Assembly: GCA_036229005.1 (NCBI GenBank)
Contig: JAZAMN010000021.1
Location: 21,680-85,679, forward strand
Reading direction: 5' to 3'
Length of the DNA stretch: 64,000 nt
Origin: Myxococcota bacterium
GTDB taxonomy: Bacteria > Myxococcota_A > UBA796 > CAJQPC01
Part shown: positions 37,937 through 47,914 of the stretch, piece after piece
How the letters are laid out: the number at the start of each line of letters is the position of its first letter
How positions within the stretch are numbered: position 1 is the first letter of the stretch
Program-made: the position numbers and the translations under genes
The notes under the pieces: model-generated
Told to the model about the DNA's origin: nothing
What the model saw: only the letters and a program-made list of their open reading frames with translations
The model's database searches: none

Positions 37937-39678
37937 GCTGGCTCAGCCTGTCCTCGCTGGCGCCGGAGGGTGATCAGGGCGCCCAAGGCGAGCAACCAGG
38001 CCCAGGAGGTGGGGGCGAGGGTGTTGCTGCAGGACAGTCCGCCGTACTCCCCGGTGAGCCCTGCGGCGTTGCTCAGGACCTCGGGGTCCAGCTCGCCGTC
38101 CTCGCAGTCGTTGTCGATGCCGTCGCCGGCGACCTCGGTGGCCCCGGGGTGCACGGCGTCGTCGGAGTCGTCGCAGTCGCTCTCCTCGGAGGCGGGCACC
38201 CAGTCGCCGCCGGGCTCCTCGCAGGCGCGCACGTTGCCGGTGGTGTAGCCGTCCTCGTCGGCGTCGATGCCGTAGGACTCGCCGTCGCTGGGGTCCTCGT
38301 CGGTGAAGCCGTCGCAGTCGTTGTCGACCTCGTCGCAGAGCTCGGGGGCGTCCGGGTGCAGCTCAGGGGCGCTGTCGTCGCAGTCCTGGTCGTTGTCGAC
38401 GTAGCCCTCGGGGGGCTCGCACGCGGTGGTGGCCAGCGCGGGGTCGCCGTAGCCGTCTCTGTCGTTGTCCAGGTAGAAGGAGGAGGGGGTCTCGCAGTCG
38501 TAGGGGGAGCCCAGGTACACCTCCACGAAGCCCTCGGTGCCCACCACCACGTCGGAGCTCCCGTCCCCGTCGAGGTCAACCGGGCCCAGGAGCCACAGCA
38601 GGCGCTCGCCGGCGGGCTGCTCGGTCCAGGCCAGGTCCCCGACGCCCAGGCGGGAGCTGGAGAAGGCCTGGATCGTCGGCAGGTCGTCCTCGTTGGCGCC
38701 GATCAGCAGCTCGGAGTTGTCTCCGTCCAGGTCCCCGGAGGTGGACAGCCAAGCGCCGAAGGCCTCCAGGCCCTCTCCTTTCAGTTCCTGCTTGTCGTCG
38801 GGATCAACGCCTCGGGGGTCGCCCCAGAGCACGCGCACCAGGCCCGCGCCGGAGTCGGCCTCCGGGAAGCCCAGGATCAGCTCGGGGATCTGGTCGCCGT
38901 CCAGGTCGCCGGAGGCCAGGGCGGTGAGGGGGCCGAGGTTGCTGAACTGGTGGCTCTCCGGCTCGCCGAGCTGGGGGCCCCCGGGGTGGATCCAGAGCTT
39001 TGCGTCGCCGTCGTGCTCGCCCGCGCAGGCCCAGTCGGTGTAGCCGTCCGCGTCCCAGTCGCCGGCGGTGAAGGCCGCGCAGGAGTTGCCGTCGGTGCTG
39101 TTCAGGGGCTCGGGGGGCGCGTCGCCGCCACCGGGGTAGCGCAGCAGGGGGAGCGTTGCGCCGGGGTCGCTGAGCAGGATCTCGGCGCGGCCGTCGGCGT
39201 CCAGGTCGGCCACGAGGCAGTGGGCGCCCAGGCTGTCGGTGCCCACCCAGTCGCTGGGGAGGGGGAGCTCGGAGGGGGCCTGCAGGCCGTCGTCGCTGCC
39301 CAGGTAGAGCAGGGCGGGCTGAGGGTTCGAGGTCCCGTATCGGGGGGCGGCGGTGACCACGAGATCGTCGGTGCCGTCGCCGTCCACATCGCCGGCGCAG
39401 AGGGCCTGGGAGAAGTCGGCCTGGCCGTCCGGGGCGTTGTAGGTCTGGCCCCCGTCGAAGTCCGACTCCAGATCAAAGAGGTAGAAGCGCTGCTCTGCGG
39501 GGTGGCCCAGGGCGAGCTCCTGGACGCCGTCCCCGTCGAAGTCGCCGCTGGCCACGCTCTCGCCGAAGCCGGCGACCTGGGTCTCGCGGAGCAGGGCCGC
39601 GGCCTCCCAGGTCCGGTCGGCCTGCGCGTGGGCGGAGGAGACGGTCAGGTGGGCGATTGCGAGCAGCGCTGTCGGCAT
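37918..39678 (-). CDS. FG-GAP/integrin-like repeat protein with MopE repeats and MYXO-CTERM-like tail
   Basis: Multiple GDxDGDG repeats, DCDD/DNDCDG repeats, C-terminal Cys-TM-RRQR. Confidence 0.85.
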   Translation of the reverse strand: MPTALLAIAHLTVSSAHAQADRTWEAAALLRETQVAGFGESVASGDFDGDGVQELALGHPAEQRFYLFDLESDFDGGQTYNAPDGQADFSQALCAGDVDGDGTDDLVVTAAPRYGTSNPQPALLYLGSDDGLQAPSELPLPSDWVGTDSLGAHCLVADLDADGRAEILLSDPGATLPLLRYPGGGDAPPEPLNSTDGNSCAAFTAGDWDADGYTDWACAGEHDGDAKLWIHPGGPQLGEPESHQFSNLGPLTALASGDLDGDQIPELILGFPEADSGAGLVRVLWGDPRGVDPDDKQELKGEGLEAFGAWLSTSGDLDGDNSELLIGANEDDLPTIQAFSSSRLGVGDLAWTEQPAGERLLWLLGPVDLDGDGSSDVVVGTEGFVEVYLGSPYDCETPSSFYLDNDRDGYGDPALATTACEPPEGYVDNDQDCDDSAPELHPDAPELCDEVDNDCDGFTDEDPSDGESYGIDADEDGYTTGNVRACEEPGGDWVPASEESDCDDSDDAVHPGATEVAGDGIDNDCEDGELDPEVLSNAAGLTGEYGGLSCSNTLAPTSWAWLLALGALITLRRQRGQAEPAATRSE

Positions 39679-39711
39679 GGGGGGCCCCTTGGGTCAGGGG
39701 CCACCAATCGG

Positions 39712-41730
39712 TCAGCTCCCGCTGCGCTTGAGCGCTTTCTGGGGGCGGGCCGTGTAGATGTTCTCGGCGTACTCGGCGACCATGCGGTGGGTGTTGAACA
39801 CGGGGACGCCGGTGGCCATGGAGTGGCGCACGCGCTGCAGCCAGGCGGCGGGCTGCTTCCATGCGGGGAGCACGGTGGTCTCCAACAGGGAGTAGAGGGC
39901 CTCGGCGTCGTGGGCGTCCTGGGCCTGGGTGTCCTCCCAGTCGCGGGTGTCGCTGATCGCGAAGCCGCCCTTGCCGTCGTAGGCCTCGGGCCACCAGCCG
40001 TCCAGGATGCTGCAGTTCAGGCCGCCGTTGAGCACCACCTTCTGGCCGCTGGTGCCGGAGGCCTCGCGGGGGCGGCGGGGGTTGTTCAGCCAGAGATCGG
40101 AGCCCGAGGTCATCGCTCGGCCCTGGGCGATCTCGTAGCCGGGCAGGAACGCCACCTGGCCGCGGAAGCGGGGGTCCCGGGAGAAGCGCACCACGCGGGC
40201 CAGCAGCTCCTGGCCCAGGCCGTCGCGAGGGTGGGCCTTGCCGGCGAACACCAGCGTGGCGCCCTGCTGCAGGATGGCCTCCAGGCGCTCCAGGTCGGCG
40301 AAGATCAGGTCCGCGCGCTTGTAGGGGGCGAAGCGGCGGGCGAAGCCGATCAGCAGCGCGTCGGGGTCCAGGCTCTGGCCGGTGGCGGCGTGGACCTGGG
40401 CCAGCAGGCCGGCCTTCATCTGGGCGCGGGCCTCCAGCAGGGCCGCGTCGGAGAGGCGGTCGATGTTCTGGGTCCACCACGCGGTGTCCCGCCAGCGCTC
40501 GCGCCAGGAAGGCAGCTCGGCGTCCAGGGCGTCCTGCATGGGCGCGCCGGTCCAGAACACCGGGTGCACGCCGTTGGTGATGTGGCCGATGGGGCGCTCG
40601 GTCTCAACGTGGCTCCACATCTGGCGGCTGACCTCGCCGTGGAGCTCGCTGACGCCGTTGCTGTCGCGGCTCAGGCGCAAGGCCAGGGCGGTCATGCACA
40701 GGGGCTCGCTCAGGTCGCTGGGGTTCTCGCGGCCCAGGTCCATCAGCGTGCCGGCCCCCCAGCCGGCCTGGTCTCGCCAGGCGCCCAGCAGGCTGTTGAT
40801 CTGGTCCCAGGAGAAGCGGTCGTGGCCCGCGGGGACGGGGGTGTGGGTGGTGAACACGGTGCGGTCGCGGGTGCTGCGAAGGGCCTGCTCGAAGTCCACC
40901 CCGGCCAACACCTGCTGGCGGATGGCCTCCATCGGGGCCAGGGCGCAGTGGCCCTCGTTCAGGTGGATCACCTCCACGTCGTCGCCCAGAGCCTCCAGCA
41001 GGCGTACGCCGCCGATGCCCAGCAGGATCTCCTGGCGCAGGCGCATCCAGGTGTCGCCGCCGTAGAGGGAGCGGGTGACCTCGCGCAGGTGGGGTGGGTT
41101 CTCGGGGAGGTCCGCGTCCAGGAGGTAGAGAGATGCGGTGCCGACCTTCAGACACCAGGCCTCCACCTCATAGACAGAAGACCCCTCGGGGATCTGTAGC
41201 CGGATGGGCGCGCCCGAGGTGTCCCGTACCTTCTCCAGCGGGAGCCGCTCCGGGTGGGCCTCGGGGTAGGCGGCGAGCTGCCGGCCATCGTCCAGGACCT
41301 GGCGGAAGTACCCGCCCTTGTAGAACAGGCCGATGCCCCGGAAGTCCATGCCGAGATCGGCGGCGGAGCGCAGGTGATCGCCGGCCAACACGCCCAGGCC
41401 GCCCGAGTAGATCCGCACCGACTCGTGCAGGCCGAACTCCATGGAGAGGTAGGCCACCGAGGGCCACTTGGCGCCGGGGCGCTGCTCGCGCTGGGAGAGC
41501 CACCGCTCCATGCGGGCGTGGGCGGCGGCGATCCGGGCGCAGAGGGCCGCGTCGGCCTCAATCCGCGCGCGCTCCGCGGGGGTGAGCTCCGCGAGCAGGG
41601 CGACGGGGTTGTGGTTGACCTGGGACCAGCGGCTCGGCGCGATCTCCTCGAGAAGGGCGGTGGCTTCCTTGTCCCAGGACCACCAGAGGTTCTGGGACAG
41701 GCGCGCGAGTTGCTCATGGGGCTGGGACAT
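39712..41730 (-). CDS. glgP: Alpha-glucan (glycogen) phosphorylase
   Basis: NLWWSW, SMEFG, YSGGLGVLAGD, NEGH, ARRFAPYKR, EASGTSGQK; ATG 41730 after GGAGG. Confidence 0.95.
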   Translation of the reverse strand: MSQPHEQLARLSQNLWWSWDKEATALLEEIAPSRWSQVNHNPVALLAELTPAERARIEADAALCARIAAAHARMERWLSQREQRPGAKWPSVAYLSMEFGLHESVRIYSGGLGVLAGDHLRSAADLGMDFRGIGLFYKGGYFRQVLDDGRQLAAYPEAHPERLPLEKVRDTSGAPIRLQIPEGSSVYEVEAWCLKVGTASLYLLDADLPENPPHLREVTRSLYGGDTWMRLRQEILLGIGGVRLLEALGDDVEVIHLNEGHCALAPMEAIRQQVLAGVDFEQALRSTRDRTVFTTHTPVPAGHDRFSWDQINSLLGAWRDQAGWGAGTLMDLGRENPSDLSEPLCMTALALRLSRDSNGVSELHGEVSRQMWSHVETERPIGHITNGVHPVFWTGAPMQDALDAELPSWRERWRDTAWWTQNIDRLSDAALLEARAQMKAGLLAQVHAATGQSLDPDALLIGFARRFAPYKRADLIFADLERLEAILQQGATLVFAGKAHPRDGLGQELLARVVRFSRDPRFRGQVAFLPGYEIAQGRAMTSGSDLWLNNPRRPREASGTSGQKVVLNGGLNCSILDGWWPEAYDGKGGFAISDTRDWEDTQAQDAHDAEALYSLLETTVLPAWKQPAAWLQRVRHSMATGVPVFNTHRMVAEYAENIYTARPQKALKRSGS

Positions 41731-41805
41731 CGGACCTCCGGTCCTCGCTTGGACCGGCGAGTCCTGACCCAGGCACACCTGCGGTAGGCTTGCGCACTCA
41801 GGGAA

Positions 41806-43896
41806 GTGAGTCGGGTGCAAGGCGAGCCAGCGCAGACACCGCCCATCGACGCCAGGGAAAAGGTGTTGGGCAAAGCCCCCTACGTGGACGACGTCGCGGT
41901 CGAGGGGCTGCTGCACGCCGTGCTGGTGCGCTCCCCCTACGCGGCCGCCCGCGTGCTCGGGATCACGCTGGACCTGGAGGCCGACTGGGATGACGTCACG
42001 GTCGTGACCGCCGCGGACATCGCCGGCGACAACCGGGTGCGGGTGGCCGGGGTCCTGGACTGGCCCATCCTGGCCGCTGAGCGCGTGCGCCACGAGGGGG
42101 AGCCGGTGGTCGCCATCGCCGCCCCCACCTTGGCTCAGGCCCGGGCCGCCGCCCGCCGCATCAAGGTGCGCTACCAGCCCGAAGAGGCCCTGCTCAACCC
42201 CCGCCAGTCCGAGGACCACAGCATCCGGCTCCACGGCGAGGACAACGTGTTCGCCCGCCAGACCGTCGAGCGCGCCGGGGGCCGGGGGCGGGGGCGCTGG
42301 GTGGAGCAGAGCTGGAGCGTGGGCGCCCAGGACCCCATGCCGCTGGAGACCCACGGCGTCATCGCCAAGCCTGAGCCGGGCGGCGGCATGACCCTCTTCG
42401 GCACCATCTCGCGGCCCGAGCGGGTTCAGGAGACCCTGGAGCGCGGGCTGGGCATCCCGGAGGCCGTGGTCATCCAGTCCGTCATCGGCGGCGGGCGCTC
42501 CTGCCGCGCCGAGGTCCCCGCACAGCTCGCCGCGCAGGCCGCTCTGCTCGCCAAGGCCGCCGGCGCCCCGGTGAAGCTCCAGCTCCACCGCACCGAGCAG
42601 CTCCGCTACACCGCCAAGAGGCACCCCCTTCAGGTCACCTTGAGGACCCGCGTGGACGGCGTCGGCCGCCTGCACCGGGTCGAGGGCCGCATCCTGATGG
42701 AGGGGGGCGCCTACAGCACCTCGTCCGCGCAGGCCCTGGAGCGGGTGCTGCTCCACGCCCTGGGCCCCTACCACTGCGAGAGCGTGCACCTGCACGGGGT
42801 CGTCGTTGCCACCAACCGGCCCCCCAACGCCTCCCTGGGCGAGCTGGACTCCGGCGCCATCCAGTTCTGCATGGAGCGGCAGCTCGACAGCATCGCCGCC
42901 TTCCTGCACCTGGACCCCGTCGCCGTCCGCAAGGTCAACCTGCTGCGCGGCGGAGACTCCCTGCACACCGGCGAGAGCCTGCGCTGGGCCGTCGGCATCG
43001 AGGTCGTCGAGCGCGCCCTCAAGCTCGCCGAGCGGGAGCTGCCCCTGTTGGAGCGCCCCTTCCCCGCGAAGTCCCTCCCTGGGCGGGGCGTGGGCCTCTC
43101 GCTGGCCGCCAGCCGACCCCAAGGCGGCGGGGCCGTCGCCCTGGAGCTCCGCGGCTCCAAGGTGCGCGTGCTGGTCCCCTACGTCGACGCCGGCGAGGGC
43201 CACCCCACCCGCTTCGCCCTGTTGGTCAGCCGGGCTCTGCAGCTTCCGCTGGAGCAGATCCGCGTGCGCCCCCTGGACACCTCCCGCATCCCGCCCAGCC
43301 AGGCCAACCCCCCCGAGATCCAGGCCGCCCTCGGGCGCGTCTCGGCCCGCCTGATCCGCATCCTGGGCCAAGAGGTGGGCGGCAGCGACGAGGACTTCGC
43401 CAGCCTGCTGGCCCGGCGCAGCTCCACCAAGCGGATCCGGGTCGAAGAGGCTGTGCGGCCCCGCAAGGCCCTGGCCTGCGCCTTCCACGCCGCGGTGGTC
43501 GACCTCATCGTCGATCCGGACACCGGCGAGGTCACCCTGAGGCGCGTCGTCACGGTGTCTGCTGGCCGGCGCCCGGTGCACATGCGCCTGTCCCAGGTCG
43601 AGCTGGAGGGCGCCGTGGTCCGCGCCCTCGGCTCCGCCCTCACCGAGACCCTGGGCACTTCCCACGAGGGCGGCTGGCGCGTCTCCGGTATGGCGGGCAT
43701 CCCCAAGGCCTCCCAGGTGCCCGAGCTGGTCACCGACTTCATCCTGGCGCCCGACATCGTCGGCCCCGCGGAGCCGGAAGATGGCGTCGCGGGCGCGGTG
43801 GTCGGCGCCATCGCCCAGGCCATCGAGCAGGCCACCGGCGCCGTGCTCCACGCCCTGCCCATGCACCCCGAGCGGGTGGTCGAGGCCCTGCCATGA
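41806..43896 (+). CDS. Xanthine dehydrogenase-family large subunit, Moco motifs degenerate
   Basis: a/b hammerhead (DAREKV.G, RSPYA.A), KRHP, VDPDTGEV. Confidence 0.8.
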   Translation: MSRVQGEPAQTPPIDAREKVLGKAPYVDDVAVEGLLHAVLVRSPYAAARVLGITLDLEADWDDVTVVTAADIAGDNRVRVAGVLDWPILAAERVRHEGEPVVAIAAPTLAQARAAARRIKVRYQPEEALLNPRQSEDHSIRLHGEDNVFARQTVERAGGRGRGRWVEQSWSVGAQDPMPLETHGVIAKPEPGGGMTLFGTISRPERVQETLERGLGIPEAVVIQSVIGGGRSCRAEVPAQLAAQAALLAKAAGAPVKLQLHRTEQLRYTAKRHPLQVTLRTRVDGVGRLHRVEGRILMEGGAYSTSSAQALERVLLHALGPYHCESVHLHGVVVATNRPPNASLGELDSGAIQFCMERQLDSIAAFLHLDPVAVRKVNLLRGGDSLHTGESLRWAVGIEVVERALKLAERELPLLERPFPAKSLPGRGVGLSLAASRPQGGGAVALELRGSKVRVLVPYVDAGEGHPTRFALLVSRALQLPLEQIRVRPLDTSRIPPSQANPPEIQAALGRVSARLIRILGQEVGGSDEDFASLLARRSSTKRIRVEEAVRPRKALACAFHAAVVDLIVDPDTGEVTLRRVVTVSAGRRPVHMRLSQVELEGAVVRALGSALTETLGTSHEGGWRVSGMAGIPKASQVPELVTDFILAPDIVGPAEPEDGVAGAVVGAIAQAIEQATGAVLHALPMHPERVVEALP

Positions 43897-44351
43897 AGCT
43901 CACCGTCCGCGTCAACGGCAAGCGGCACATCCTCCAGGTCGAACCCCTGACCCCCCTGATCGACGTGCTGCGCGACGATCTGGCCCTGATCGGCACCCAT
44001 CTGGGCTGCCAGGGCGACGCCTGTGGCGCCTGCACCGTGCTGCTCAACGACGAGCCGGTCTACGCTTGCCAGGTGCCCGCCTGCCAGGTCGACCAGCAGG
44101 AGGTCCGCACGGTGGAGGGCCTCAGCTCCGACGCCGAGCGCCTGGCCCCCCTCCAGGAGGCCTTGGTGCGGGCCGGCGCGACGAGCTGCGGCTTCTGCAT
44201 GCCCGGGATGCTCATGACCGGCATGGCCCTGCGCGCCCGTCAGCCCAAGCCCAGCCCCCAGGAGGTGCGGGAGCTGCTCCGCGGCAACCTCTGCCGCTGC
44301 ACCGGCTACGAATCGATCGTCCAGGCCATCGTCGAGGTCCTGGACAAGTGA
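43893..44351 (+). CDS. 2Fe-2S subunit (CoxS/XdhC-like)
   Basis: GC....CGAC...C and CGFC...NLCRCTGY. Confidence 0.93.
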   Translation: MKLTVRVNGKRHILQVEPLTPLIDVLRDDLALIGTHLGCQGDACGACTVLLNDEPVYACQVPACQVDQQEVRTVEGLSSDAERLAPLQEALVRAGATSCGFCMPGMLMTGMALRARQPKPSPQEVRELLRGNLCRCTGYESIVQAIVEVLDK

Positions 44352-45133
44352 CCCGCCTGCACCGGCCCACCACCCTCAGCGAGCTCACGCGCCTCTACGC
44401 CGAGCTGCCGGACGCCATGTTCCTGGCGGGCGGAGCTGGGGTGATGCTGCGCCTGCACAAGGGCCCTGTCCCCGACGACGTCATCGACACCTCCCGCGTC
44501 GAGGAGATCCGCGGCATCCAGGTCGGCCGCTTCGGCACCTGGCTGGGGGCGCTCTCCACCCTGCGCGCCGTCGCCGACGACCCCCTGGTGCGCAAGAGCC
44601 ACCCGGCCCTTGCCGCCGCCTGCGCCTACGGACCGCCTCAGATCCGCGGCCGCGCCAGCCTGGGGGGCTCGTTGGCCGGCCGCCGCTTCGACATCCTCCC
44701 GGCGCTGCTCGCCCACCGCTGCCAAGTCGAGCTGATCAGCCACAACCAGCCCTCCCGGCGCCTGCGGGTCGTCGACTTCCTGGAGGAGAAGATGGCCCCG
44801 GGTGAGGTCATCCGCGCTCTGCACCTCCCCCCGCGGGCCGAGCGCGAACACAGCCTCTTCCGGCGTATCCAGACCGGCCGCGGGGACTACGTGGTCTGCG
44901 CGCGCCTGGTGCTGGGCGATGGTGTCGTCAGCGAGGTCGCCGTGGTCGTGGGCGACAAGTCCCTGGGCGCGCTGCACCTGTCCGCGGTCGAAGAGGCCCT
45001 GGCCGGGCGCCCCCTCAGCTCCCGTCCCGCCGATCTCGTCCCCTACGCGCTGGGCGGTGGCAGCACCTACCTGCGCTCCGTGGCCTCCCGGGTGCTGCGG
45101 AGCTGGCTGGAGCACCTGCAGACGCTGGACTGA
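44348..45133 (+). CDS. FAD-binding subunit (CoxM-like)
   Basis: GTG overlap; FLAGG, QIRGRASLGG. Confidence 0.82.
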   Translation: MTRLHRPTTLSELTRLYAELPDAMFLAGGAGVMLRLHKGPVPDDVIDTSRVEEIRGIQVGRFGTWLGALSTLRAVADDPLVRKSHPALAAACAYGPPQIRGRASLGGSLAGRRFDILPALLAHRCQVELISHNQPSRRLRVVDFLEEKMAPGEVIRALHLPPRAEREHSLFRRIQTGRGDYVVCARLVLGDGVVSEVAVVVGDKSLGALHLSAVEEALAGRPLSSRPADLVPYALGGGSTYLRSVASRVLRSWLEHLQTLD

Positions 45134-45207
45134 GCCAGGAAATCTCTGGAGCCCCCCGCCCGTTGTGCATAGGTCAGAGCACAACCCCACTTTTGCGCGA
45201 GGCAGTG

Positions 45208-45906
45208 ATGGCAGACGGCGACTGGATCAAGTGGACCCGCTCGGTCAAGCGGTGGAGCGAGAACGCTGGAGAGGGCCTCCGGAGCTGGGGGGAGCGCACC
45301 GGGCAGGAGGCCCAGAAGGTGGGTGAGCAGACCCGCGACTGGGTGGAGTCTTTCGAGTGGAAGGTCGACCCGGACAACGTGGACGACTCCCTGCGCGAGC
45401 TGGGCGAGAAGCTCAAGACCCTGGCCGGCCAGGCCCGCTACACCAAGGTCCGCATCAAGTTCCGGGGCAAGCAGCTCGGCCCCGAGATCCCCATGGCCGT
45501 CTTCCTGGCGACCGAGGTCGCCGCCGCCTGGTGGGCCGGTCCGCTCCAGGCGCTGGTCCTCACCCTGGGGGCCCAGGCCGTGCTGGAGATCGAGCTCGTG
45601 CACCAGGCCAGCGCCGTGGTTCAGGAGGGCGTGGAGCGCTTCCTGGACGGCGAGGTCGACGCCGCGGAGGCCCTCTACCGCGAGGCCCTGGACATGAAGC
45701 CCGGGGACACCGCCGCCCTCTACAACCTGGCCGTGCTGCTGCGGGTCACCGGCCGCCACGACGAGGCCCGGGAGTGCTTCGAGTTGGCCGCGGACGACGA
45801 GGATCACCCCGACGGCAAGCGCGCCCGCGAGGCCCTGGGCCGCATGGCGCGCCGCGAGAGCAAGGCAGAGACGCCGGCCGACGGGGACAAGCCCAAGACC
45901 CTCTGA
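45208..45906 (+). CDS. TPR-containing protein
   Basis: AEALYREAL..KP....ALYNLA TPR motif. Confidence 0.75.
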   Translation: MADGDWIKWTRSVKRWSENAGEGLRSWGERTGQEAQKVGEQTRDWVESFEWKVDPDNVDDSLRELGEKLKTLAGQARYTKVRIKFRGKQLGPEIPMAVFLATEVAAAWWAGPLQALVLTLGAQAVLEIELVHQASAVVQEGVERFLDGEVDAAEALYREALDMKPGDTAALYNLAVLLRVTGRHDEARECFELAADDEDHPDGKRAREALGRMARRESKAETPADGDKPKTL

Positions 45907-45942
45907 GTCAGGCTTGGGGTTGGCGGTCCGGGGGCCGCGCCC

Positions 45943-47835
45943 TCAGTCGTCCATCTCCTCCACGAACACCATCACGCGCTGGTTCTGGAGGGGATCGTCG
46001 GAGATGGGGAAGGTGCTGCCGAAGCCCACCCCCTCCAATCGTCGGCGCGGAACACCGAGCTGCACCAGGGTGCGAACGAGGGCATCGGCCTGCTTCTGGG
46101 ACAGGGCCTGATCCGCGGAGGGGTCCCCGGAGTCGGCCACGTGGACCTCCAGGCGCACGTACTCAAGCTCAGGGTGGGCGCGCATGAGCTCGGCGAGCTG
46201 CTTGAGCACCTGCTCGGCTTCGGGGTCGGGGGTGCTCCCCGCGAAGCGGATGGGGCGGGCCAGCTCGATGTAGTTCGCGCTGACCTTGACCAGCTCGGGC
46301 TGCAGCGTGGCGTAGACCGCGGTCTGCTGGCCGCCCGAGAGCTCGAGCTGCAGGGTGGTGGGGTTGCGGTCCGGGGCGCTGACCACCAGGGTGTGTGCCC
46401 CCGGGGACAGCAGCAGCAGCGGCTCCCCCTGTTCGCCCTCGATGGGGAAGGGGTTGTCGTCCAGCAGCACGGTGTAGCGGTCGATCGGGGCGCCCTGATC
46501 GTCCTTCACCACCAGCCGGGCCTGGGCCACCGGTCCCTCGGGGCGCAGCTCCAGCAGGATCTCCAGCGGCTCTTCTCCCTCGGGGACCTCAAAGCGGGTG
46601 ATCAGGGTCTGCTGCCCGTGGTCGATGGCCCGCAGCTCCCAGGCGCCGTGGTCCAGGCGGGAGTCCAGCACGGAGACGTTGTTCAGGTAGAGCGGGTCGC
46701 CGGCGCCCAGGGGGCGCAGGTCAAGCTGGTCGACCTCCAGGGGGCGACCGGCCCAGTCCACCAGGCGCAGCGCCACGGGGCGGTCCCACTCGGGGCAGCC
46801 GTCGCCGTCGCGCCAGCCGTCGGGGTCTTCGGGCTCCAGGGGGCAGGCGTCGGCGACGTCGACGATGCCGTCCTGGTCGTTGTCGGACTCCGGGCAGCCG
46901 TCCTTGTCCTGGAAGCCGTCCAGGTCCTCGGCCAGCTCGGGGCACTGGTCGGCCGCGTCCAGCACGCCGTCCAGGTCGATGTCCCGCACCTTGCCAGGGG
47001 GGGCCCAGCTCAAGCCGGCGAGCAGCCGGCGGTCGGGCGCGCCCATGCCATCGCTGAGGCCCTTTCCAGCGGCCAGGCGCAGGCTGAGATCCGGGAGCAC
47101 CAGCACGCGCAGGCCACCGGTGACCTCGACTGCGGTGCCCTGTCCCAAGCCGAGGAAGCGGTCGAGCTGTGAGTCGGTGGAGACCTCAGCCGAGAGGTCC
47201 ACGCGATCCGTCAGGGACCAGGCCACGCCGGCGTCGAAGGCCGCGTAGCTGCTCAGGGGGACGCCCAGCTCGCTGCCCTCGCTGTAGTGGACCGTCGCGT
47301 TGAGGGCCCACAGGGTGGGGCCCAGGTGGTAGTCCACGGCCAGACCGCCGCCCAGGCCCATCGCGGGGGGGGACAGCAGGGTGGAGGCGTCCGAGAGGGG
47401 CCAGACCAGCTCGCCCAGCAGGGCCACGCCGAAGCGCTCATCGCCGCCGGGGAGCAGGACGCCGCGCATGCCCAGGCGGGCCTCTCCGGGGACGAAGGAC
47501 TGGGACCCCGCCGCGGTCTGGCTGGCGGTGTACATGGGCAGGAACAGGCCCATGCGGAGGCGCTCGTGGTAGACGGCCGCGGCCAGCATGGGGCCCGTAG
47601 CCGAGGACAGCAGCTCGGTCTGTTCGCCGGTGAGGGGGTCGATGTAGACGCCCGGGCGCAGCAGGCTCTGGCCCGCGACGGTGAGGGCCAGGCCGGTGCC
47701 GGGATCCACGCTCGCGTCGGAGGTGCGCCAGAGCCGCTCGGAGTGCACGCTCAGGCGCATCCGGTCCGCGTCTCCCTCTTGGGCCTGGACGGCGGGCGTC
47801 CAGATCGCGAGGAATCCCAGGGCAATGCTCAACAT
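45943..47835 (-). CDS. OmpA-family outer membrane protein with TSP3-like repeats
   Basis: N-terminal barrel, EDLDGFQDKDGCP repeats, C-terminal OmpA-like domain (LSQKQA, GFG...P, NQRV). Confidence 0.85.
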   Translation of the reverse strand: MLSIALGFLAIWTPAVQAQEGDADRMRLSVHSERLWRTSDASVDPGTGLALTVAGQSLLRPGVYIDPLTGEQTELLSSATGPMLAAAVYHERLRMGLFLPMYTASQTAAGSQSFVPGEARLGMRGVLLPGGDERFGVALLGELVWPLSDASTLLSPPAMGLGGGLAVDYHLGPTLWALNATVHYSEGSELGVPLSSYAAFDAGVAWSLTDRVDLSAEVSTDSQLDRFLGLGQGTAVEVTGGLRVLVLPDLSLRLAAGKGLSDGMGAPDRRLLAGLSWAPPGKVRDIDLDGVLDAADQCPELAEDLDGFQDKDGCPESDNDQDGIVDVADACPLEPEDPDGWRDGDGCPEWDRPVALRLVDWAGRPLEVDQLDLRPLGAGDPLYLNNVSVLDSRLDHGAWELRAIDHGQQTLITRFEVPEGEEPLEILLELRPEGPVAQARLVVKDDQGAPIDRYTVLLDDNPFPIEGEQGEPLLLLSPGAHTLVVSAPDRNPTTLQLELSGGQQTAVYATLQPELVKVSANYIELARPIRFAGSTPDPEAEQVLKQLAELMRAHPELEYVRLEVHVADSGDPSADQALSQKQADALVRTLVQLGVPRRRLEGVGFGSTFPISDDPLQNQRVMVFVEEMDD

Positions 47836-47914
47836 CAAGGGCCGCGGCTCCAGTCGTCCCAGGGTAACGCGTCCCCTCTGGGGCGACAGCTTGGGCGAGA
47901 CCCGGATTGCAGGT

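Noticed and set aside
41731..43866. 1384-aa GlgP with a long N-terminal extension
   Set aside because: The extension is the antisense shadow of the XDH-like gene; the real start is 41730 with a GGAGG RBS
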